Below, in pieces: positions 9,735 to 17,249 of a stretch of 18,350 nt of DNA. The notes below the pieces were generated by a model, which saw nothing but the letters and a program-made list of their open reading frames with translations, had not been told where the DNA came from and did not search any database. Position 1 is the stretch's first letter. Each line of letters opens with the position of its first letter. The DNA lies in NCBI GenBank assembly GCA_049424145.1, contig JBMSSC010000045.1:1-18350 (forward strand), given 5' to 3'. The DNA comes from Bdellovibrionia bacterium. GTDB lineage: Bacteria > Bdellovibrionota > UBA1018. The position numbers and the translations under genes were made by a program.

Positions 9735-10923
9735 CTCGAGCCCCTTTCTTTGGGTGACCTGTCAGCGGGGAGCTGAGCCGGCATTAAAAAAAGAAATGCT
9801 CAGGGAGCACCCTGAGTTTCGCTTTGCCTACTCGCAGCCAGGATTTTTAACTTTCAAAAAAATCGAAGGAATCGTGCCGTGGGATTTTGTCCTGCGCTCC
9901 GTGTTTGCCAGAGCCTATGGGGTCTCCCTGGGGGCTCTCCCCAAGCTGAGCGATCTGCCTTTGGCTTCAGACCTGGAGCCTGCTGAACCGCTTGCGGAAT
10001 GGGATTTCACGCCCTTGCAAAAATGGGTGGGGGCCTTTGACGGAGGAGAGAAGCAAGCGGGGCGCCTGAGGATTCACCTTTGGGAAAAAGAACTCTTTGC
10101 GCCCTCGGAAGCTCCGTTGGGGTTTGATCCAAAACCCAGGTTGCTTAAAGTCTTAGCTCAGATTCAAAGGCGTCATCCGGAGTTGTTTTTGCGATACTTT
10201 GGGAAATCCCCCGATGAGTTCCCTCTGCAAGAGGCTGCTCAGGCCAACGATGTCGTGGTGGATATGATCCTCCTGGGTTCCGATCAACTGTGGTGGGGCA
10301 CCCATTTGCATTCCGCTTCGCATTCTCCCTGGCCCGGGGGGAACGCTCCGGTCAGTTTGCCGCCCGAGTCCCCCTCGCGAGCCTATCTGAAGTGCGAGGA
10401 AACCGTGGATTGGGCGGGAAATCCCCTGAAATCTGCAGACACCGCTCTTGAGATTGGAAGCGCCCCTGGGGGAACGAGTTTTGCCCTTTTAAAGCGTGGC
10501 TTGCGCGTCATTGGCATTGACCCGGCTCAGATGGATGAGTCCGTACTTCAGCACCCGCAGTTTCTGCACATTCAAAAGCCCGTGGCTTCGGTCATGAGGG
10601 AGTCTTTACCTGAATCCATCCAATGGATTTTTTTAGACATGAACGTGGAGCCCCGAATTACGCTCTTTGCCGTGGATCGGCTCGCTTCAAGAATGAAGGA
10701 TAGTTTGCTGGGTGTTTTCTTGACCATTAAGTTAAATCGCTGGGAGATTGCCGAGGAGATTCCTGCGTTCATGGAGCATGTTCGAGCCATGGGCATGGTG
10801 AGAGTGAAGGCTGCACAGCTTTCTCACCATCGTCAGGAGATCGCCATGGTCGGATTCACTCGCTTAGGTGAGTCTCGAGTGCTGCGGGGAGGCATGATTC
10901 GAAGGCGCGCTTCGAGGGGATGA
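9718..10923 (+). CDS. RlmM-like (FtsJ/RrmJ-fold) rRNA 2'-O-methyltransferase
   Basis: PSRAYLKCEE, ALEIGSAPGGTSFALLKRGLRVIGIDPA SAM-binding motif, WIFLDMN, LTIKL, HRQEI give the K-D-K-E tetrad. N-terminus TCQRGAEPALKKEM resembles RlmM. TTG start overlaps the cyaY 3' end. Confidence 0.85.
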   Translation: MSSDFNSSPFLWVTCQRGAEPALKKEMLREHPEFRFAYSQPGFLTFKKIEGIVPWDFVLRSVFARAYGVSLGALPKLSDLPLASDLEPAEPLAEWDFTPLQKWVGAFDGGEKQAGRLRIHLWEKELFAPSEAPLGFDPKPRLLKVLAQIQRRHPELFLRYFGKSPDEFPLQEAAQANDVVVDMILLGSDQLWWGTHLHSASHSPWPGGNAPVSLPPESPSRAYLKCEETVDWAGNPLKSADTALEIGSAPGGTSFALLKRGLRVIGIDPAQMDESVLQHPQFLHIQKPVASVMRESLPESIQWIFLDMNVEPRITLFAVDRLASRMKDSLLGVFLTIKLNRWEIAEEIPAFMEHVRAMGMVRVKAAQLSHHRQEIAMVGFTRLGESRVLRGGMIRRRASRG

Positions 10924-11003
10924 TGGCGGTGAAATTGAGTCTTTTTTTATCTAGTTTTTTCGAACGATGATCCAAGTGGATCCAATGGAAAGGATATTTT
11001 TCT

Positions 11004-11282
11004 ATGGTAGATGCTCATCAAATCGGAGTCACGGTTTACACGATGCGTTTTTGTCCCTACTGTGATCGGGCAAAAAAACTGCTTTCCGATCGCAAGATTC
11101 CTTATCGAGAAATTCTCGTGGAGGAGGAGGATGATGCTCAGTGGGATGCATTGTTCCAGCGCTCGGGCATGCGCACGATGCCTCAGATCTTTGCCCACGA
11201 TCGATTGATTGGGGGCTACACGGAGCTGGCTCAGTTGGATCAAAAAGACGGATTGGCCTCAATTCGCATATCCTCAAGCTGA
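11004..11282 (+). CDS. grxC: Dithiol glutaredoxin (Grx3/GrxC-like)
   Basis: VYTMRFCPYCDRAKKLL, RTMPQIF (cis-Pro), IGGYTEL; AAGGA SD upstream. Confidence 0.92.
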   Translation: MVDAHQIGVTVYTMRFCPYCDRAKKLLSDRKIPYREILVEEEDDAQWDALFQRSGMRTMPQIFAHDRLIGGYTELAQLDQKDGLASIRISSS

Positions 11283-13075
11283 GTTTTTTCTCGTGCCCGG
11301 ATCTTCTCGCCTTCTGGGTGGGCGAGTGTGGGCAGGACGCTGTCCCGGGGAGGCGGTGAGGTTTGGTGGCCTAGGTCCTCCAATTGCTGAGCCGATATCC
11401 CCAGAGGAGGAAGGTGGGGGATTCTCTGGAACTGATGGGAGAGGAGTTTTTCTACAGTCGAGCGGCTCAGGGATTGAAGCAAGTGACTGGGGCAGCGGTA
11501 CCAGGTGCTGGCGTGGTAGTTCGATTTGAGCACCCAGGGAATCCAAGCGGTGGGGAGGAATCTTAAGAAACCCGAGGGCAGAAGCTCACATCCTTGTTCT
11601 TGCCAGAAGGGATGGGCTCGCACGGCGTGCAAGAGGATGCTTTGATCCGCTCGACAGTTCGGCTCTCTTTCGAGCCATTGAACGGACGAGTGCTGGAGTG
11701 AGGGGAGGTGAGTGGGGCTTTGCTGAAAAGAGAAGAGACCCACTGCGGGCTCAGGAACTTGCTTGGGGTCTGTAAAAGGGAGTAAAAGAGACTGAAAAGG
11801 GGAAAAAGGGGGGGACGTCAGCACAGCACAGGGGGGTGACTCGGATTTGGATTTTTGAAGGTGAGTGCCCAGTTCTCGGAAGGTGCCCTCTTTTTTTCCC
11901 AGATCCCCTTTTAAGTGATGCAGAAAAACAAAAGCATTGATGACGACGGTGAGAATCAATCCCTGACTGAGCAGCGTTCGGACTCTTTTGGAGCGGATCT
12001 TGGGATAAAGCAAAACACAGCCCGTGAATCCCGCCCAAAGCAGGAGTTTTTCAAGCGGGATCATGAAGCGCCCCTCTTTATGACCAATGAGGCTGTGTCC
12101 GATCGCATAAGGAAGAAGGCACCCAGCCCAAAGACAACCTCTTTTGAGGCCGTGAATGATTCCGATCCCACTTCCCACAAGCAGGGTGAGTCCCAGGGGA
12201 ATTAAGGCCCAGCTCGTCGTCCAATTCCAACGAAACAACTCTGTGTACTCGATGAGGGATTGACGCCCAAAAACCAATTGACTGGAGTGGGTCAAAAGAT
12301 TGTACTGAGCATACATCCAGAGGCTTTCCCATGGTCTTCCATAAACCTGGGCATCGGCCAGACCCAAGATGAGAACCCCAAACAATAGACCCAGAAGAAA
12401 ACGAGGCACTGAGGGCTTGTCGTTTGAGTCCACCCGTCTTAGTTTCCATGCCGAAACCAGAGGGAGCGCCACTAAGCTCACACTGAGCAAAGCAGAAGGG
12501 TATCGGAACGCTGCAATGGCTACGGTAAAAAAACCCGAGGCGATCCAAAACTGGCGCGTCATGCACCCCAAGGCGATCCAAAAGGCCACTTCCGAGAGGT
12601 GCTCTGCTCTGGGGCTCACCGAAGGATAAATTGTGAACCAGGGCAAGAGCAGGAGGGCCAAACCCCACTGCTTGACTCCTTGGGATTGGTTTTGAATGAG
12701 CGGGTCGTGATGCAAAAGTTGAATCCATCCCCAGAGGATGCCTAGGTCCAGGAGTCCACAAAGCGCGTTTACGCAAAAGATTCGTAGATCAATGGAGAGC
12801 GGATCCAGAGCGTAAGCCAGTTTCAAAGCTCCCGCCAGCAGGGAGGGCGCGGTTAAGTTTCTTAAATGAAGACCGATCTCTTGACTGTGGATCCCAAATC
12901 CATGCGCGAGAATCATGGCAGGCTCAAAGGTTTGGCACCATTCATCCAGATGAAACCAATGGGATTGGGTGAGGCTTGCCAGGAGTCGAACCAAAATGGC
13001 AAATCCCCATGCCATTTTTTCTGTAAAAAAAAGCCTTCGAGTGAAAAAGGAATTCAATTGAGGTGCCTGGGGCAT
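11240..13075 (-). CDS. Polytopic membrane glycosyltransferase, GT22 (PIG-B/Alg9-like mannosyltransferase, GT-C fold), with a Cys/Pro-rich C-terminal extracytoplasmic domain; start probably 13075 or 13015
   Basis: First loop HLDEWCQTFEPA...GFG...E...LRNL matches the PIG-B pattern PDEYWQSLEVA...GYG..TWEW...IRS; late loop HSLIGHKEGRFMIPL matches GT22 HKE.RF..P; D..VYG...YNL...FG.Q; ~10 hydrophobic segments. Confidence 0.8.
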   Translation of the reverse strand: MPQAPQLNSFFTRRLFFTEKMAWGFAILVRLLASLTQSHWFHLDEWCQTFEPAMILAHGFGIHSQEIGLHLRNLTAPSLLAGALKLAYALDPLSIDLRIFCVNALCGLLDLGILWGWIQLLHHDPLIQNQSQGVKQWGLALLLLPWFTIYPSVSPRAEHLSEVAFWIALGCMTRQFWIASGFFTVAIAAFRYPSALLSVSLVALPLVSAWKLRRVDSNDKPSVPRFLLGLLFGVLILGLADAQVYGRPWESLWMYAQYNLLTHSSQLVFGRQSLIEYTELFRWNWTTSWALIPLGLTLLVGSGIGIIHGLKRGCLWAGCLLPYAIGHSLIGHKEGRFMIPLEKLLLWAGFTGCVLLYPKIRSKRVRTLLSQGLILTVVINAFVFLHHLKGDLGKKEGTFRELGTHLQKSKSESPPCAVLTSPPFSPFQSLLLPFTDPKQVPEPAVGLFSFQQSPTHLPSLQHSSVQWLEREPNCRADQSILLHAVRAHPFWQEQGCELLPSGFLRFLPTAWIPWVLKSNYHASTWYRCPSHLLQSLSRSTVEKLLSHQFQRIPHLPPLGISAQQLEDLGHQTSPPPRDSVLPTLAHPEGEKIRAREKTQLEDMRIEANPSF

Positions 13076-13124
13076 GACCGCAGAATAAATCTTGCAAGAG
13101 GACGGGGCCAGGAGAATCTTCATC

Positions 13125-13718
13125 ATGCTTCAAACAAAAAATGACCTCTCAGAACTCGATCGCAGCCACCTTGTGGAGCTCCTCAATCAGCGTTTAGCGG
13201 ATACTCTGGATTTGGTTTATCATGCCAAGCAAGCCCATTGGAATGTTCGAGGGCCTCACTTTCGTTCCCTTCATAAACTGTTTGATGTCATTGCTGAGGG
13301 GATTTTAGAAGGAGTGGATTTGATGGCTGAAAGGCTCGTGCAGTTGGGCGGGATTGCTCAAGGAACTCTTCAGGCCGTAGTTCAGCGAACCTCTCTGTCG
13401 CCTTATCCTCTCCAGATCATTCATGAAAAAAATCACTTAGAAGCGCTCAGCTCTTCTCTGGCTCAGTGCGCTAAAAGCATGAGACAGTCCATTGATCATG
13501 CTCAGGATTGGAATGACCAGGATACGGCGGATCTTCTGGTTCAATTGTCCCAGAGTCTCGATAAGTTTTTGTGGATGGTGGAGTCTCACCTCTTTGAGCG
13601 CGAGGAAGAGCGACAGGAGCAAACTCAGGATCCAAAGCTTAGGGCGGGATTAGAAAGTCGACTTTTTCATTCTGATCTAAGCTCCGGTGCTTCGTCGGAG
13701 GGGAAAAAAACGAGCTGA
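13125..13718 (+). CDS. dps: DNA starvation/stationary-phase protection protein Dps with a ~40-aa C-terminal extension
   Basis: AKQAHWNVRGPHFRSLHKLFD, VDLMAERLVQLGG, DQDTADLL...LDKFLWMVESHL; AGGAGA SD 9 nt before ATG 13125. Confidence 0.95.
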   Translation: MLQTKNDLSELDRSHLVELLNQRLADTLDLVYHAKQAHWNVRGPHFRSLHKLFDVIAEGILEGVDLMAERLVQLGGIAQGTLQAVVQRTSLSPYPLQIIHEKNHLEALSSSLAQCAKSMRQSIDHAQDWNDQDTADLLVQLSQSLDKFLWMVESHLFEREEERQEQTQDPKLRAGLESRLFHSDLSSGASSEGKKTS

Positions 13719-13732
13719 GTGAGCCCCTAGGT

Positions 13733-14173
13733 CTAACGGATTTGGCTTTTTTTTCTCAAGCTAGCTACCTTTTTTCTGAGTCGGAGGAGTGAGGCTTCAA
13801 GCGCCTTTGGGTTAGGCTTGGACTTTTGAGCCAGCGCAATTAAGTGGGCGCACTCCTGGAGCAGGCTGCTGCTGCCGCGTGGAGTCTTGCTTTGAGCTTC
13901 AGGGGCTTGCTGGGAGGAGCGGGCGTGAGGATCGAAGGACCGATCCTGATTGGGCTGGGAGAGCGGGCCCGGATTGATTTGAATCTGTGTGAAATCTCCA
14001 TGCCCATGAATGGACCTTAAATCCTCGAGGCTGGAATAAAAACAGAGGCTAGGTTTTGAAGAAATCCATCGAAGAGCGCACCATCCATTGGTGAACTCCA
14101 CACCCTCTGCTACAATTCCGGTTCCGCTGACGCCTGAGGGGTCCTTTTTTCGATAAAAAATAAAGAGCTTCAT
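13733..14173 (-). CDS. Conserved hypothetical protein (SGVSGTG-x2-AEG...RW...HGHG domain plus helical tail); likely start ATG 14173
   Basis: Compact ~65-aa N-terminal domain MKLFIFYRKKDPSGVSGTGIVAEGVEFTNGWCALRW...LRSIHGHGDFTQI, which resembles a recalled family of small uncharacterised actinobacterial/phage proteins. Confidence 0.75.
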   Translation of the reverse strand: MKLFIFYRKKDPSGVSGTGIVAEGVEFTNGWCALRWISSKPSLCFYSSLEDLRSIHGHGDFTQIQINPGPLSQPNQDRSFDPHARSSQQAPEAQSKTPRGSSSLLQECAHLIALAQKSKPNPKALEASLLRLRKKVASLRKKSQIR

Positions 14174-14443
14174 AAGTCGCTTCAAGCAACGGGGGGGCCA
14201 ATCATGAAAAGAGATTTGAGAAAAAACAGAGGCGAGTTTCATTTTTTTAAGAGAACCAAGAGATCGTCTTGCAAATCCTTCAATCATCTAAGAGGATGGA
14301 AAAGAGGTAGTCAAAAGGGTGGCTCATGAACAATTTCTTGGGGTTTCAGTGCTGAGGGGTTTGCTGATGCTCCAAGGCAAGAGGTGTTGCAGAGGGAAGA
14401 CGACACGTCTTGCAAAATGGCTCCACGAGCAAAAGCAGGGGAA

Positions 14444-16696
14444 ATGGAAAACGAACAACTCAAAAGTGCTCCCAATCATCCGCATTTAAACCAGTTCATT
14501 AGTCAGCTGGAGGCTCCCGTGGGTGCTTCCGGGCGGTCTTTGTATCAGATTCTCTCGGAGTACTTGAGCTTAAAGGGGAGTCAGCCTGAGTTGGCTTGGG
14601 ATCTAGAGGATCTGCTAATTGCCGATGCCGCAAGTATCGATTTGGCTCAGAGGAAAGCCAATCAAGAACTGCTTGCTCAACTGCAGACTCTTAAAAAGCA
14701 GGCAGCCATGAAGCCCTCTGATCCCTCCTCTTCCGAGGGCAATCCGTGGAGATTTCTTGCTCACGCGGATCATCAGCCCCAGGACTTAGATCCCCTCTTA
14801 AGAACCATTCGGTTTGCTCAGATTCAAATTCACAAGTTTTGGATTGAGCTGCAATCCTGTCCTCTGTTTTTTAACTCCCTCAATCAGTCCTCGGTCAATC
14901 AGATTGAGGAGATCTTGCTTTGGATCCAGGCCAGCCCCAGTTGGAATGAGATCGCCTCTCAGAGTAGGCTTGTGCCTGCGCTGGTGCAGCCCAACTCCAG
15001 AAAAGTCCTCTTGGAGTTTATGCGGGATGTGCGCTGTGCTCAGGTGTTAAAAGACCAACTCAAAGCTCAGGTGGAAAACTACGAGGATCGCTCTTTGCTG
15101 GCTCAGGCCGTTGCTCTGGTTCAAAAGCATCAGTGCTCTGGCCTTGAAAAGCGGGATCTGGAAAAGCAAATTTACTCTGGAAATGTGAAGTTGGCCCAAG
15201 TGCAAGGGGTCTTCGACTTTTTCAAGAAGCTTCATGCCTACGGCGGGTTTCCAAAAGTCAGTACGTTTCAGGAAATGAAGCAGGTTTTCAAAGCCTTAAA
15301 GTGGATCCGAGAGATTCCGCAGGAGCTCAGGGCTTGGCGCAGACCTTTGGTCTTAGCCTCAGGTCAGGCCATTCGCCTTCAAAGCTGGGAGGAGAGAGCA
15401 AGGCCTATTCGAGACATGCGAAAAAGGCTCCATGCTCACTTCATCCTGGGGCGTATTTCCGATTCTGAAAAGCTCCGGGATCTTTCCGAAGCCTTGATCT
15501 CAGGCGGAGTGTTTCGGAAGTTTAAGGCAGGGTATAAAGAAGCTCAGCGCGATTACCTCGATCTTCTTTTGGATCCGGTGAACCCAAAAGGAGGAGCGCA
15601 TGAAACGCCCCTTCAAAAATCCGAGCGCCTGATTGAATGGGCCAATTACTTGGATCAACTCAAGGCCTTTGGCGAGAACTCCGATCTCAATGCCGTTTTT
15701 GGCTCCGCCTTTCAAGGCATTGATACCCCGTTTGATTCGGCCTTAAAGGCCAATACGTGGGCCAATCATTTAAGACAGGACCTACAGGCGAATCCCTTTG
15801 GAAAAGCATTGGTCGACTTCATTTGCGCCGCTCCGGAAGTGGATTTCCAAAAAGTCTTTGAAGTGGCCTGCAGTGCTGAGGCCCAGGAGATTGAATCTCA
15901 AATGGCCTCCTTGGATTTGCAAAATGCGACGTTGCAAAGTGCTATTTCTGAGTGGAGTGCTTACGAAGGCTTAAGACTTGCGGAACTCAGCGCTCTGTTG
16001 AGTGCACTGGAACAGTTGAAGCTGGCCTCAGGCCTTCCTCTGTCTTCTCTGTTTGAGTTGCATCAAATGAGTGAGGAGTGGGGCTTTTTAGAGTCTCGCA
16101 TGGAGGCTTGCTCGGAGCTTAAAATTTGGCTCAAAGGCTTTTATCAAGGTTCCAATACGGATATCTCCATCATTGAGCAGGGCTTAAGCTACGTGCGTTT
16201 TGTCGAGGAGGCACCCGTTCCTGAGACGATTAAGATTTCCTTCCTCTCGCTTCATGGTCCTCAGCGCTTTCATGAGAGTAAGGTTTTAGTGGCAGGTGTG
16301 ATTTCTTCGCTTCCGGCTTTAAAAGAGCACCTTCAAAAGTTGGAACACGCGACCTTAAATCAGGTTCTGCCCCTGGAGCGAGGGCCCTTGGTTCAGCTGA
16401 TGATCAAACTTCAAGAAGCGCTCAAGCAGCCTGCCTTGTTAGAGGGCTGCGTTGCTTATTTGAAGCTTGAGCGAGAAGCTCGGGCCCAGGGGTTAGGCGG
16501 AATTTTGGATTACTTTGAGGCCCATGTTCCCGCTTCAGTTCCTTGGGATGTGGCCTATCAACTGGCTTTAGATGCTTCAGTTCTCAAGTCCCAAATGACC
16601 GGTCCTCTGATGGACTCCTTGGGCGGAAGCTTGGGGGAGTCTCTGAGGAGAAGTCTGGGAACCTCCTTAGGTCTGAGTTCCGCAGCCAATCACTAA
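14444..16696 (+). CDS. Large helical protein (~750 aa) resembling the central insert of DUF4011/DUF3320 SF1 helicases, lacking catalytic motifs
   Basis: Long uninterrupted ORF with AGGGGA SD before ATG 14444; motifs LNQFISQL..P...SGRSLYQIL, NPWRFL, GGVFRKF...YKEA, two F/Y-QG-x-D/N-T repeats, and Y..LERE....GLGGIL...Y..AL...L; no Walker A/B seen. Confidence 0.75.
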   Translation: MENEQLKSAPNHPHLNQFISQLEAPVGASGRSLYQILSEYLSLKGSQPELAWDLEDLLIADAASIDLAQRKANQELLAQLQTLKKQAAMKPSDPSSSEGNPWRFLAHADHQPQDLDPLLRTIRFAQIQIHKFWIELQSCPLFFNSLNQSSVNQIEEILLWIQASPSWNEIASQSRLVPALVQPNSRKVLLEFMRDVRCAQVLKDQLKAQVENYEDRSLLAQAVALVQKHQCSGLEKRDLEKQIYSGNVKLAQVQGVFDFFKKLHAYGGFPKVSTFQEMKQVFKALKWIREIPQELRAWRRPLVLASGQAIRLQSWEERARPIRDMRKRLHAHFILGRISDSEKLRDLSEALISGGVFRKFKAGYKEAQRDYLDLLLDPVNPKGGAHETPLQKSERLIEWANYLDQLKAFGENSDLNAVFGSAFQGIDTPFDSALKANTWANHLRQDLQANPFGKALVDFICAAPEVDFQKVFEVACSAEAQEIESQMASLDLQNATLQSAISEWSAYEGLRLAELSALLSALEQLKLASGLPLSSLFELHQMSEEWGFLESRMEACSELKIWLKGFYQGSNTDISIIEQGLSYVRFVEEAPVPETIKISFLSLHGPQRFHESKVLVAGVISSLPALKEHLQKLEHATLNQVLPLERGPLVQLMIKLQEALKQPALLEGCVAYLKLEREARAQGLGGILDYFEAHVPASVPWDVAYQLALDASVLKSQMTGPLMDSLGGSLGESLRRSLGTSLGLSSAANH
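16616..16675 (+). repeat. Five tandem S-L-(G/R)-x tetrapeptide units at the C-terminus of the 750-aa protein
   Basis: SLGG-SLGE-SLRR-SLGT-SLGL, encoded by degenerate 12-nt units. Confidence 0.7.
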
Positions 16697-17184
16697 GCTA
16701 GGATGAAGAAAGGTTCCTCAGAGAGGGTCTTCTTCTTTGGGTCGGAAGCACCGAGTAAGCGGATATTTTTACAAAACAAGGAGAGCATTTTTTTGATGGC
16801 TCGTGGATCCGAGAAGGGTTTCCCCTCGCGAGCTTTTTCAAATAAGAGTAAAAGGCTATCGATGGATTCTTGGGATTCATCGACTTGTGCTAAACCCATG
16901 CTCCAGTCAGGCATGAAACGCTCACCTAGGCTCATCTCGGCTTGAGTGATGATCTGCGTGTGTCTTTCATCTTTTTGAATCCGCCGGTAGCAAGCTTGGA
17001 CCCGATTTTTTTCTCCTTCAAGGAACTGCAGAAAGTAACCGGTTCTTGCAGCAAGAAAACCTGTGATTTGATCTTTTTCGTTTCGTTCTCGAGCCTGACA
17101 TAAAATCTCATTTAAGAGCTTTTCAGTGACGGGGCTACGGGCTTGACTCGTATAAACAATCGCAAATAGGGGGTTTTTCATCAT
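16693..17184 (-). CDS. Stand-alone BLUF (blue-light sensing using flavin) domain protein
   Basis: IVYTSQA (Tyr), ILCQARERN...ITGFL, FLQFLEG (Gln), RIQKDERH, RFMPDWSMG (Trp/Met), followed by a two-helix cap; no output domain. Confidence 0.93.
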   Translation of the reverse strand: MMKNPLFAIVYTSQARSPVTEKLLNEILCQARERNEKDQITGFLAARTGYFLQFLEGEKNRVQACYRRIQKDERHTQIITQAEMSLGERFMPDWSMGLAQVDESQESIDSLLLLFEKAREGKPFSDPRAIKKMLSLFCKNIRLLGASDPKKKTLSEEPFFILA

Positions 17185-17249
17185 ACGACCAATCGTTTCA
17201 GTGAATCCTGTTTTGGTTTAAATGTTTTGTTTTTTAAAAAATTGAATGA

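Noticed and set aside
12078..12776. 232-aa alternative-frame ORF inside GT22, and the other short nested ORFs in the track
   Set aside because: Fully overlapped by stronger genes; composition typical of off-frame translation.
14395..14416. Sigma54 promoter from TTGCA words (also at 13092 and 14269)
   Set aside because: No TGGCAC/GG at the required -24 spacing.
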